Origin: the human T2T-CHM13v2.0 reference genome, Homo sapiens
Length of the DNA stretch: 64,000 nucleotides
Assembly: GCF_009914755.1 (NCBI RefSeq)
Contig: NC_060931.1
Reading direction: 5' to 3' (one strand)
In this document: positions 1 to 20,060 of the stretch, one piece after another
Layout: every line of letters begins with the position of its first letter
Numbering within the stretch: position 1 is the stretch's first letter
Made by a program: the position numbers and the translations under genes
Notes under the pieces: generated by a model
What the model was told of the DNA's origin: nothing
Databases searched by the model: none
What the model saw: the letters and a program-made list of their open reading frames with translations, nothing else

Positions 1-1515
1 TAGGTGTGAGTCACCATGCCCAGCCTAAACTGCCCAATTTTAAAGGGATAATTGGGAAAACAATTGTTTAAAAAGGAAATGAGGGAGTTGCCATGACTGC
101 GGTTAGCAGTGTGAAGACCCTAGAAAACCAGTGTGAACTCCTGGGGGTTCACAGTCTACTGCCTGTTCAAGAGCCTTAGAAAACCAGGAGCCTTAGGAGA
201 CCAGGTTCTGAAAGCTTCCCAGGGCTGTATAAACTTCTACATTAAGTTCCATGATGCCCGATGAGTAGTCCCACATTTCCACAGTAGACATGCTGTTGCT
301 GCCTCCTTCCTTATCATGAAAAGAGCAGAAGATGCCGATAATACATGAAGCAGGAAGACAAAGGGGAGACACTGAACTTGTCACCTACCTTTGGATGCCC
401 CTCATGCCTCATGTTTCCCATTGAGCCTCACTTATCAGTGACACAGGGAATGGTCCCTTTGCTCTCCACTTTCCCTGTGGCTTCCTGGAGGTAGGGGAGG
501 CAGATCGTGCTACTTGCTGATATTATGTTGCTGTGGATTCGTTGGAGCGACAGGAACAGGAAATTTTCCTGGTGGTGTATGTGTCACTGGGGCTCACAGG
601 GGTACTTTTTAATGTTCTCACTGGCCTCTGTGATTCTGTGACCCTGGTTATTACATGTTCAGAAAGTGTCAGCTTATTTGAAAGTGATACTCTTATCTTC
701 TATTTAAACATTGCCAAAAACCATCACACTTTTTTTTAAATTAAAACATTTTTGTATTTTTTATTTTCTGGAGACAAGAGTCTTGCTCTTTGATATAGAC
801 ATGAAGGGACTCATAGTCCTTCCCCTACAATATGTCTTTAATTTAATAACATATCAATGAAGGGTCATGTCTGAATGAATTATAGAAATTCAGGACCTAA
901 AAAAGGAAGGTCCCAGAAACCGGGCTTTGGTTTATTTCTACTACTACACTTGCTATTGAAACCAAGCAGACAACTTCATTTCTCTTGGATTCAGCTTTCT
1001 CATGTGTCAGAATGGGAGAGGAAGGGAGGCATTGGGATAAGTGTCATTCCACCGTCTGTACTTCTAATCTGGCTAACACACGTGTGAAAAATACTGAGAT
1101 TTGTTGACAGCAGTTTCCTGGACTGCTGTCTTGAACAATTCTGAGGAGGTTTAGCAAGAAAGTGTGTTTCAGTTGATTGGGTGTATCTGTCATGGAGAAG
1201 GAAGTAAGGAGTGGGGAGCACTTGCAGCATTCCCGGACATTCCTGTCCATTATCTCAATACCTGGTGCTGACGTTTCCTGCCCCTTATCAGGAATCCTGA
1301 CTACTCTGTGTCTGATGACTTGAACTTACTGAGTACTGCTTAGTTGCGTCATAGATACCACCTGTCTTTGAACAGCTACCCTGCCTCTTGATGAGAATGC
1401 AAAGGCTGCTAAGGGCCACTGCTGTATGGAATGGCCTTCGGTCATCTCTTCTTAGAACACAGAGGTCATTTTGACTGATAACATAACTCTCCTTTTGATT
1501 GAAAGTGTTAACATG

Positions 1516-1824
<309 letters not shown>

Positions 1825-1915
1825 TTAAAATATTCCTCCTGAAAGTACTTATCTTTTAGGCTTGTTCTTCAGATTTGCCCAATATGCTAAGCAAAATGCC
1901 TTCAATATGAAGTGA

Positions 1916-2525
<610 letters not shown>

Positions 2526-2854
2526 TTATATTTGCCACTGTAGTCATTTCTGGAATTAAAACAATAAAATGATATTTCTACTAAAATGTTTTTCTAGCTA
2601 GAGGTGACAGGCGTGGCTGTAAGTCCTTGATGGAAAAGCCTGGCTCTGAGCTGCAGTCCTGGCACTCTCCATTGCCCCTGCAGTCCCCCATCCTGTACTC
2701 AGCTGTCTTTGTCAGTGCAAGAATAGTGACCACTGCCTCCATGGTGTTGAGAGGCACCATGGTGGCTCACAGTACACCTAAGTACTTGAATGAAGTCTAA
2801 TTTGCTGGGTTTTAGCTGCTGTGTTATTCCTGGGTCAATCTTGTGAGCAACTAA

Positions 2855-3140
<286 letters not shown>

Positions 3141-3506
3141 TGACCCACCCACTTCAGCCTCCAAAAGTGCTGGTATTACAGGCATGAGACACCGCACCTG
3201 GCCTGATGTGATGGTTGAGTTTCTTATTATATCTACATTTCTGTAGAATTTTAGTGGCTGAAGAAAGTATACTAGTGTTAATTTTTTTTTTCTTGAAAGA
3301 AGTAATTTACTCTTCATATAATTACTTGCCAGTCATGGGAAGGAAAAGTCAGGGTTTTTGTCCACAATGATAGAAATTATTGTTACATTACAGGATGATT
3401 CTGCGAACTCCTTTAGGGAAAAACACTGGTCACATCACGACTGTTTTACTAGCTGTGAGACCACCATTGTACTGGCTACCATAACATTTCTTGGTTTTCT
3501 TTCTAG

Positions 3507-3565
3507 ACCTGAACTAGTTATTTCCTACTCGCCTCCTGGAATGGCTAATAAAATAAACACTAAAG
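3507..3565 (+). pseudogene. GTF2I pseudogene exon (59 bp)
   Basis: ttctag|acct...taaag|gtaag. Translates PELVISYSPPGMANKINTK vs TFII-I PELVISYLPPGMASKINTK. Confidence 0.93.
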
Positions 3566-3958
3566 GTAAGAGATTACCTGTACTTCCTATTATATTTCAC
3601 TGCGTTAAGACATCCTTTCTCAGCATTCCTTAAATCACACAGAATCACTGGCCACTCTCTTTGTGGAACTGGCAGTTAGTTTCTTGGCTTTTTAAGGTGT
3701 TTTATTTAATGGACCTCTTTTTCCTTCTTTTTTTAAAAAAAAAAAAATTATTGGAAATGTCACATTTGCAATCCCACTTCATTCATGTTTCCATGGCTTT
3801 GTTGAGCCCCCTGTGGAGGATTACACTACAAGTTTAATTCTGCAGGTTCCTTTGAAAAGAGCCAAACTGAATAAATTTTAATACTCTGCTCTTATAAAGC
3901 ATCTCCTTCTGTATTTTTTCCTACAATATACTAAAGTAATTCTGTGCTTATTTTTCAG

Positions 3959-4033
3959 CTTTGCAGTCCCCAAAAAGACCATGAAGCCCTGAGAGTAATG
4001 GAAAGGTTCCTGAAATTGAGGTCACTGTGGAAG
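3959..4033 (+). pseudogene. GTF2I pseudogene exon (75 bp)
   Basis: tttcag|ct...gaag|gtaagg. Translates [23 protein letters not shown] vs TFII-I [24 protein letters not shown]. TGA at 3982-3984. Confidence 0.93.
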
Positions 4034-6269
4034 GTAAGGGCCAGTCCTTGGCATGTTTCTGTTGATTCTCCAGTTTAATAGTTATGTCAATTCACTAGCT
4101 ACATGTGTATACAGATGAAGGTAACCAAATTAGTTTTACGTGTGAACAGCTGCCTGTGATAAAGCTAAATTTCCGAATGTCTTTAATTAATTTAATTTCT
4201 GAATGTCTTTAATTAATTAATTAATCAATCAGAGATCTCTCCTCTACACGAGGTGCCATCCTTTCCTGAAGGAGCTCCTTGTAAAGTGCATGAGGTGTTC
4301 TTTTTTTTTTTTTTTTTTTTTTTGAGACAGAGTTTCACTCTTGTTGTCCAGGCTGGAGTGCCGTGGCGCTATCTTGGCTCACGGCAACCTCTGCCTCCTG
4401 CGTTGAAGTGATTCTTTGGCTTCAGCCTCCCGAGTAGCTGGGATTACAGGTGCCCACCACCACACCCAGGTAATTTTGTATTTTTAGTAGAGACAGGGTT
4501 TCTCCATGTTGGTCAGGCTGGTCTCGAACTCCTGACCTCAGGTGATCCATCTGCCTCGGCCTCCCAAAGTGCTGGGATTACAGGCACAAGCCACTGTGCC
4601 TGGCCAAGGTGTTCCTTTTGGTAAAAAGTCACACTCCGTGACCACACAGGCCTGAGCCTGAATTTATAAAGATTTGAACAAGGTGAACAATGACACTATG
4701 TAGAAGGGAGGTTAATTCCAAGGTGACAGGAACTTTATGAAGTAAATTACACTTAAATTAGGCCTTGCTGGAAGAGAAGAATGTCACCAGGGAGAGACAA
4801 AGCTACTCCTGATAGAAGGAATAGCATGAGCAAAAGTGCAGATTAAAAAGTCCAGGTAATGATGACAATCTCATTCTAGGGAGCATATTTTATTCCAACT
4901 ATATCTGGTTTTAGAGTCAGAAGAAGTCCTGGGACCAGCTGGTTCTAGGGTCACAGTAGTTGTACTCTAAAGCAACTCATCCATACTGTCTTCAATTGAT
5001 ATATTAGTGAGGGAAGCAACTGAAGAAGTAATGACCCCAAAGCTTCACCAGGATAGTGAGATGAGAGGCCACCACAAAGACCAAGACGTTCAGAAGGAAA
5101 GGCAGGACAGTGAGAAGACAAGCTGTCCTGAAGCCAAGTAACACATGCTTAGGTTGAGAGGTGGAGGAGAAGGTGTTTTATAGCATGGTGACACATTCTG
5201 CAAAAGCACTGAGAGCTGCACAAGACAGTGGTGTGAGCCTCCGCAAGGAGAGAGTGCCAGGTCAGCGAGCCCTGGGGGAATACAGTCTCCTTTAAAATAT
5301 TCTGGACAGAGGAGAGCAGCTAGCAAAGTGAGTCTGATTTCTACTCTTTGTTTCACCTCCTAACTCTAGTATAAAGTGACATTGTATATGCTGGTGCTCT
5401 GATCTCGGTCTGTGGATATTAGATATTAAGATTGGGGAGAAAATAAAACAGCCAGTTAAAGTGCACCATTTTTACAGGCACTGTCAGTAGCATATAAGAA
5501 ATAGCATGTTTCTCAAAAGTAAATTGGTTCATAGTAGTCAGTTGGCACATTCAGCGTGTACTTCTATGAGATTTTTTTGGTATCTTTAAACTCTTCATTC
5601 ATTAATCCTGTTAACTCAAAGCTTATTTAATAACATAAGCTCTTGGTTATGAACTAGATGTTAGGAACAATAGAGAAATGTAGAGCTAATGTCATGAGTT
5701 AAAAGGATTGGGGCTGTAGGAATAATGTTACCAGGAATAACTTGAGGAATGTTTGCTACTGTAGCTAGCTGTGATTTTCCAAATAGGGAGGTGCCTGTTT
5801 TTCTCACATAAAAGTAATTGTGCAGGTAGGCTGAAGCTGACATTGGTTCAGTTGCTCAAACATGGTTAAGACTGGCTTCCCTGTGCTTCTCTTCACTCTC
5901 CTTTCTGGTGCACGATGACCAAGAGAGCTCCTGTCATCATATCTCCATCCATCATGTCTCCATCCAATTATAAGTAAAGAAAATGCAGCATGAGCCCTGC
6001 CTGCACCCATGGTCAGGAAAAGCAAGAGGCTTTTTTTGAATCCTAGCAGAATTTTGCATAAGCCTCTTGGTTTTAAAAAAGATGAATTTTAAAATAATAA
6101 AATAAAGCACAAACTCTGAGGCCAAAGTGATAGGATTTAAATCTGTGCTCTGCCACTTAGAAAAATTACTTAAATTCTCTGTTGTTTAGATTGCACACCT
6201 GTAAAATGGGAGGAGGAAAATAATATTTGACTCATGATTTTTAAAATTTGAGATGTTATTTCTTTAATA

Positions 6270-8050
<1,781 letters not shown>

Positions 8051-8366
8051 CTGTGTCACCCAGGCAGGAGTGCAATAGTGTGATCATGGCTCACTCCAGC
8101 CTTGAACTCTCAGACACTTGGGATCCTTTTACCTCAGCCTCTTGAGCAGTTGGGACTACAGTCACAAGCCACCACACTCAGCTAATTTTTTTTATTTTTA
8201 GTAGAGACAGGGTTTCACTATGTCACTCAGGCTGGATTTCGAACTCCTGGACCCAAGTGATCCACCTGCCTTGGCCTCCCAAACTGCTGGGATTATAGGA
8301 GTGAACCACCATGCCTGGTCCTCTATCTCTTTTCTCTCTTCCTTTTTTCCTTGCTAGATTGAAATG

Positions 8367-9372
8367 TGTCATGTACCAGCTATCCATCCAATGACTGCCC
8401 ATCAGTTCCAAATTCACCCTTCACTGCCGGCTCTGCAAACATAGACGTGGGTTCCTTATATGCTTCCTCTATCAGCTGGTACATTATTAAATGTTGTCAC
8501 TACATTGTGCTAGAGGGACTTTGTAAGAGGCTGTTCTTTCTGATTGTAGTGTGTCAATCTCCACAGCCACTGAGCTTGTCCAGCACTGGGCTCCTGCCCT
8601 GCACGGTGCTCAGCAGCACCCAGTGACCAGCAGTTTCTCTGAACCTGCATGGGTGGTTTTGTAGTGAGACAACTGTTCATTCATAGCTTAATCTAGCACC
8701 ATAGAAGGCAGATTTTCAGCAAATTCCAGAGGGCAGATTGCTAGCATGTTCCACCATGTGGTAATGCAGCAATTCTGCCATTGAATTACCCATGACTGTG
8801 CCCTCTCCAAGGGTGACTGGATCTCAGCCCTAGTGAAGAGTCCCTTTCTTGGTCACTCCATCTCATCATAGGGACAGTAGGGGCAGTTACTGTTCATTGT
8901 ATCAGCTGGTCCTATACTTTTTTTTTTTTTTTTTTTGAGACAGGGTCTCCCTCTGTTGCCCAGGCTAAAGCACAGTGACGAAATCATAGCTCACTGCAGC
9001 CATGACCTCCCTGGCTCAAGCAATACTCCCACCTCAGCCTCCCAAGTAGCTAGGACTACAGGTGTGCACCACCACACCTGGCTATTTTTTTTTTCTTTGG
9101 TAGAGACAGGGTCTCACTGTGTTTCCCAGGCTGGTCTCAAACTCCTGGCCTGAAGCAATCCTCCTGCCTTGGCTTTTCATATTACTGGAATTATAAGCAT
9201 GAGCCACCATGCCTGGCCTCTGATAGTCCTGTGTTCTCTAGAGTTCTTCTTACTTTTTGGTAGCCAATCTCTTATTATGCTGTTGCCCTGTTATAATGAA
9301 TAATTCTCTGTATTAAATTTTACCACTTTAAACTTTTGAGTGGTTTTTGTCTCCTGATTGGACTCTAATATG
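8367..9372 (+). mobile_element. Old ERVL-type LTR (LTR33-like) interrupted by AluJ 8937-9218
   Basis: Recalled LTR33 motifs ccaaattcacccttc, ccagtgaccagcagtttc, ggatctcagccct and the 3' end gtggtttttgtctcctgattggactc. Confidence 0.5.
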
Positions 9373-9505
9373 CTAAGAAGGGTCCCGGCAGATAGACTCA
9401 CACAGATGGGATTTGGGCATAGGTTTGGTTATCCAAGGGACCATGCTGAGCTCCTTGCCAATGGGAAATGGGATGCTGGTGATTTCCAGGAAGTGACCTC
9501 ACAGT
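9220..9505. repeat. Module B, three copies (also ~26795-27700 and ~37485-37765)
   Basis: cacacagatgggatttggg...ggtttggttatccaagg...gctgagctccttgccaatggga is present three times. Confidence 0.92.
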
Positions 9506-9595
9506 TTTCTTGGGGGACTTTACTGGTCCTTCTTCAGGAAACCCTGTCCTTACCCCCATCATCACTCTTTCACTCTCGTCTTTACTCATCTTTAG

Positions 9596-9699
9596 CCTCA
9601 GCCGAGATGTCTCACCCCACTCTCTCTGATGCAACAAGAAGCCCCTGGGGAACGTTTCAGTCCCACTCTGTACTTCTGTCACATGCTCATCACAGTCTG
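9596..9699 (+). ncRNA. Candidate non-coding exon
   Basis: Pyrimidine-rich tract 9543-9593, AG at 9594-95 (alternative AG at 9600-01), consensus donor CTG|GTAAGT at 9700. Confidence 0.5.
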
Positions 9700-9725
9700 G
9701 TAAGTGCTGGCATACGATTCCTAGA

Positions 9726-10465
9726 TTAGTACATTTTGCATTGCTATAAGGAAACACCTGAGGCTGGGTACTTTATAAAGAAAAACAGTTTATTTGGCTC
9801 ACAGTTCTGCAGACTATACAAGTAGCATGGTGCCAGGCTGGGCACAGTGGCCCACACCTGTAATCCCAGCACTTTGGGACGCTGAGGCAGGAGGATTGCT
9901 TGAGCCCCGAAGTTTGAAACCAGCCTGGGAAACATGGTGAGACATTGTCTCTACTAAAAAAAAAAAAAAAATCAGCCAGGCATGATGGTGCACTGATGCA
10001 TGCCTAATGCATGCCTATGGTCCCAGCTACTTGGGAGGCTAAGGTAAAAAGATCTCTTTAGCCCAGGAGGTCAGGGTTGCAGTGAGCCATAATTACACCA
10101 CTGCTCTCTAACCTGAGTGTCAGAGTGAGACCCTGTCTCAGAAAAAAAAAAGCATAGTGCCAGCATCTGCTGGTGAGGACCTCAGGAGGTTTCCACTCAT
10201 GGTAGAAGGAGAAGGAGGAGCCGGCACGTCACTTGGTGAGAAGACGGAGCAAGGGAGAGGGGAGGAGGTGCCAGGCTCTTTAAACAGTTAGCTCTCACAT
10301 GAACTAGTAGAGAGAGAACTCACTTATTACCATGGGGAGGGCACTAAGCCATTCATGAGGGATCTGCCCCCATGACCCACACACCTCTCACCAGGCACCA
10401 TCTCCAACATTAGGGATTTAATTTCAATATGAGAATTGGAGGAGACAAACATTGAAACTATATCA
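9726..10465 (-). mobile_element. MaLR LTR (MSTB-like) interrupted by Alu 9836-10150
   Basis: ttggctcacagttctgcag; aagccattcatgagggatctgcccccatgaccca. Alu TSD agcatggtgccag/agcatagtgccag. Confidence 0.8.
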
Positions 10466-10703
10466 ATTTCCTGCTACCCTATAAGCTCTGTGAGGGCAGA
10501 AACTCTTACACCTTGTTCACTGCTGTTTCCTGGGCACCTATTATAGTGCCTGGTATGTAGTAGGTGCTCAAGAAATATTTGTTAGAGCCTGATGTGTTGG
10601 CTCAAGCCTGTAATTCCAGCACTTTGGGAGGAGGGGGCCAGGGGATTGCTTGTGCCCAGAAGTTGAAGACCAACCTGGGCAACATAGTGAGAACCTGTCC
10701 CTA

Positions 10704-10994
<291 letters not shown>

Positions 10995-11616
10995 TCATCT
11001 CAACAACAAAAAAAAAAAAAGAAAGAAAAAGGAAAAATAATATACTTAACCAGTTGTGGTGGTACATGCCTGTAATCCCAACTACTTGGGAGGCTGAGGT
11101 GGGAGGATCACTTGATCCCAGAAGATGGAAGCTGCAGTGAGCCATAATCACCCCACTATACTTCAGCCTGTGTGACAGAGGGGGACTCTGTCTCAAAAAA
11201 AGTAAAAAAAAAAAAAAAAAAAAATTTGTTGGGGAAAAAAAAAGTGAACAAGAAAAGGTGTCAGGAGAGTACTGTGAATGTGGGTCATGTCAGTAGAGTG
11301 TAGGGACTTGGGCAGGAGCAGCTGGACCCCAAGAGTAGATTGGTGGAGACCAGGTCATTCATCCTAAGCAGTTTGCCTTGTAGCATGTAGATGAAATATC
11401 CCACGTTGGCTGCTGGTGACTGAACTGGGCTTCCTGTTTCTGTGTTTGGTTTGACCATCACAGTGTTGAAGAACTGTTGAAGTGAATACCTTGCAGTTTG
11501 CTACAGTTTCCCCCCGTCTCCCACATTACTCCAGCCTCCTTCCCTCACGTAGGTTGCCTGACCCGCTGATACCTGTGTTTGCTATCCCTGCAGATGGGTG
11601 GGTAGGAGGCAATTTA

Positions 11617-11772
<156 letters not shown>

Positions 11773-11973
11773 CTACAAAAAATGAAAAAAATTAGCCAGG
11801 CATGGTGGCATGCACCTACAATCCCAGCTACTTAGGAGGCTGAAGTGAGAGGATAGCTTGAGTCCAGGAATTGAAAGCCTCAGTGAGCCATGACCTTGCC
11901 ACTATACTCCAGCCTGGGTGATAGAGTGAGAGACCCTATCTCAGAAAAAAAAAAGCAAGAGAGAGATAAATAG

Positions 11974-12345
<372 letters not shown>

Positions 12346-12869
12346 TAGAGGCGTGAGCCACTGTGCCTGGCCAAATTTTTTATATTCTAGCAAACCATTT
12401 CTTCAACAAGGAGAAATTAATTTCATCCAAAGAGCCCTAGGAGCAGGGCAGACTCAGAAAATCAGAGGCACTGTACTCAGTTTGAGCAGCTTATATCTTT
12501 GGACCGCTAAGTTGGCCAGCATCAGTCTGGGTCCATTCTCTTCTCTTTAATTTCTCAAACACAAAGTGCTCTGCTGGAGTCTGAAGTCAGATATGTAGTA
12601 GATCAGCAGTGACTCGGCAGCCTGCTATGTTTTGAGGCCTTACGCTAGGAAATGTGCGGGATACAAAATGTAAGGGAAGGCTGGAATAGAGCATCTCCTG
12701 GGGAAACAAGAGCCAGAGATATGGTGTTGCCCCATGGAGACAGCCAGCTGGTGTTTGGCAGTGCTTTGTGGAAAGGCCGTACTTTGGTAAGGTCTCTCCA
12801 ATCTGGAATGTGGCCTACAATATTATAGGCCCCCAAACTCCAGTTTTGTTTTTTGTTTTTTTTTTTTAA

Positions 12870-12974
<105 letters not shown>

Positions 12975-13471
12975 TGAGTAGCTGGGATTGCACACATCCA
13001 CCACCACACCCAGCTAATTTTTGTATTTTTAGTAGAGATGGGGTTTCACCATGTTGGCCAGGCTGGTCTCGATCTCCTGACCTCAGATGGTCCACCGCCT
13101 GGGCCTTCCAAAGTGCTGGGATTACAGGTGTGAGCCACTGCGCCTGGCCAAACTCCAGTTTTTCATGTTCCCTGCATAGGTCAGGGTTGTAGGGAGTGAT
13201 TCATTCTAGCAGAACTCCCTCGATTTTAAGGCAGGTATTCTATTTATTAATTGACAAAGGAGGCATATTTCTCCCCTGGTAATATAAAGATTTAGGTCCT
13301 TTTCCCAGTGACTCTGTTTCCACTGTGAGGGTTCTTGGAAAACTAAGCAGAGGATGAGGAAAAGACTGTGAACAAGCTTGCTGGTCCATCCCTGTCCTAC
13401 AAAAGAGCATACCTCTTCTGTAACCAGAAGACCCTTTTATTTAGTCAAGGCTGGACAGACTGAGATGAGGG

Positions 13472-13501
13472 GGTGTGTGTGTGTCTGCATGTGTCTGTGT
13501 G

Positions 13502-13552
<51 letters not shown>

Positions 13553-13558
13553 GTATGT
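13472..13558. repeat. (TG)n microsatellite at an Alu tail
   Basis: Directly visible. Confidence 0.95.
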
Positions 13559-13882
13559 TGAGACAGGGTCTCACTCTGTCACCCAGGCTGGCATGCAGTG
13601 GTGAGATCAGAGCTCACTGCAGCTTCCACTTCTGCAGCTTCCACTTTCATCCTCCCACTTCAGCCTGCAGAGTAGCTGGGACTATAGGAATGTGCCACTG
13701 CACCCAGCTCATTTTCTAATTTTTTGTAGAGATGAGGTTTCACTGTGTTGCCTAGGCTGGTCTTGAACTCCTGGCCTCATGGGATCCTCCTGCCTTAGTC
13801 TCCCAATGGGCTGGGATTATAGGTATGGGCCACCTCAGCTGACCTACGATGATTTTTCAACAATGCGATTCCTCTTTTACAG

Positions 13883-14043
13883 AGCCACCTAAGCTGAAGA
13901 TTCCCTTGAGAACAAGGGCTAGCCTGTGATTTCGTGACCTTTCTTCCATTTGTGGTTCTTGCCAAGTGGAATTTAAATGACCTTTTATCAAGATGGATAA
14001 ACCCAAGTTTCCCAGTGCCAGAATATAGAAAATGGATGGATAA
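13883..14043 (+). ncRNA. Candidate non-coding exon (161 bp)
   Basis: Acceptor ttcctcttttacag| and donor taa|GTAAGT in non-repeat sequence. Confidence 0.6.
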
Positions 14044-14334
14044 GTAAGTCCCACTCAGCACCCATAGCCCAGACATGGGGACCTCAACACACCTGGGTCC
14101 CAGACATCACCTTTCATTGTGAGTAGCTCAGAGATGACATTCTTGGTTGTTAAGTACCCACTGGCAATAGTTTATATAACAGCAAGTGAAGAAATAAATA
14201 GTCACCAAAACATTTTCTGTTCCCAATTCCAGCATTAATTGGATTAGATAGTTATCTTATGAAGAATTTTCATATACCACAGTCCTGACCATATGTTCAA
14301 GTCAACAGAAAAATTCTATTAAACAGTCAACCTT

Positions 14335-16030
<1,696 letters not shown>

Positions 16031-16555
16031 GCTGTCTGTGACTTCTCCATTTATTTATAGAGTTAATGTGTCTTTTACTAATTTGACAATCTATTTATTT
16101 AATCTCTTTAAATTATAAAAATAGTAAATATTTTTAAGAAAGAAGTGAAAATTTTCCTTTGCTCTTTAGACCCATGATCTTATCTCAGGAAATAATTGCT
16201 ATTGAGAAAAAGGGCCATATTTTTCAAGATACAGGCTAATTGGACTTCACTTCACATTTTCATATTTCATGGACATCTATGCCAATACCTATTGATCTTT
16301 CTTAATCCTTTTCATGGTTGCATAATATTTTATTATATGGATGTATCACAGTTTACCAGTCAGCCGCTATAGGCATTTAGGCTCCTTCTACTATTTGCTT
16401 TGAGCTCTTTATATAATTAAAAATTAACCCCCTCAGCCAGATGTGGCAGCTCACACCTGTAATCCCAGCACTTTGGAAGGCTGAGGTGGGAGAACTGCTT
16501 GAGGGTAGGAGATTACCATCAGCCTGGTCAACATAACAACACTTTGTCTCTACTA

Positions 16556-16795
<240 letters not shown>

Positions 16796-17034
16796 CTACT
16801 GCAGTACAGCCTTGGCAATAGAGCAAGACCCTTTCTCAAAAAATAAAATAAATTAAAAATTACCCTTTATCATATTTCCCAGTGACACCTTCCCTCCTAC
16901 ATTTTTCCTAGAAGCCCTTGAATTTTGTTTGCTTTTCACATACCATTTAAAACTTTTAAGTACTGATGTCTGTCTGTGTCATCCCTCTTTTTTTTTTTCT
17001 TTTTTTTTAAAGAATGTCTTTATGTCACTTTCAG

Positions 17035-17099
17035 CTGAATCTACCATGAAAGACTTCAGAGTCCAGGAAGAGAGACTGACTGGGCAACATCTTATTCAG
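17035..17099 (+). ncRNA. Candidate 65-bp exon, copy 1
   Basis: T-rich tract plus ctttcag| acceptor and cag|gtacaa donor. One mismatch from the copy at 28759-28823. Confidence 0.6.
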
Positions 17100-17413
17100 G
17101 TACAAAAAGACTTGAACTATAACACAAAAATGGTCAAATAACAGTACATGCATGAAGTGCAATGGGAAGCTCTTCTGGAGGGTGAGAGAAGCTTCCAGTT
17201 AAGATAACATTGAAACCGGGTCCTGAAAGATGAGTAAGAGTTGCATGAGAGTGGGGAGGGAAGGGGGAGGTGGAGGGGTGGGGAATGGGCTGGGATGGGT
17301 TGGAGTGAGCTGCCCAGGCAGGGAAACCAGCACTGTAAAGACCTGGACAATGAAAATGGCACATTTTATTCAGGGAATGGTGAATTAAGTGTGGCAGGAA
17401 TGCATTGGAGAGA

Positions 17414-17513
17414 CAGTAATTTGCTTGTATGGAATTTTGCCCAAGAGACCTCATTACAGTTTCTAATCTGTTGACGTTATTATGCATCCCTCTCCTTGTC
17501 AAATAGTTTAGAA
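17414..17513 (-). pseudogene. Calmodulin retrocopy fragment (codons ~17-49)
   Basis: Minus strand ctatttgacaagg...gaaactgtaatgaggtctcttgggcaaaat. The ORF track shows TVMRSLGQN, as in calmodulin LGTVMRSLGQNPTEA. Confidence 0.8.
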
Positions 17514-17775
17514 TAGGTATAATGATCACAATAACACCAATCATAGTATTTCATTAGTTCTCACAAAATCACAGATAGGTGCCACAGTTATCTCCATTTT
17601 ACACACAAAATGGTGAAGACTTGTGGATAATAAGTGATTTGCCCAAGCTCACCTGGATATTAAGACTGAGTCAAATGTTGGGTCTTGTTTGACTTTAATG
17701 CTTGCTTTGTTCATGAGCACCATGCATTGCCTCTCCTATGCAGTTAAGCAGGTAGACAGGTGAGAGAAGAACCCA

Positions 17776-19240
<1,465 letters not shown>

Positions 19241-19539
19241 TTCTTTTCTTATATTTGAGACAGAGTCTCACTCTCCTACCCCAGCTGGAGTGCAGTGATG
19301 TGATCGTAGCTCACTGCAGCCTTGACCTCCTAAGCTAAAGCAATCCTCCCACCTTCACCTCTCCAGTAGCTGGGACTACAGATGTGCATCACCATGCCCA
19401 GCTGATTTTAATGTTAATTTTGTAAAGGCAGGGTCTTGCTATGATGCCAAGGCTGATTTTGAACTCTTGGCCTCAAGCATTCCTTCCTCTTTGGCTTCCC
19501 AAAATGTTGGGATTATAGATGGGAGCCCCCATGCCCGCC

Positions 19540-20060
<521 letters not shown>

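Noticed and set aside
4168-4218. 26-bp tandem duplication (similar slippage inside the Alu at ~3038-3095)
   Set aside because: Ordinary replication slippage with no functional indication.
17134-17544. 136-aa ORF conserved in both D copies (also 28858-29268)
   Set aside because: Composite of MIR, a calmodulin fragment and a G-tract. Its conservation is explained by ~95% DNA identity.
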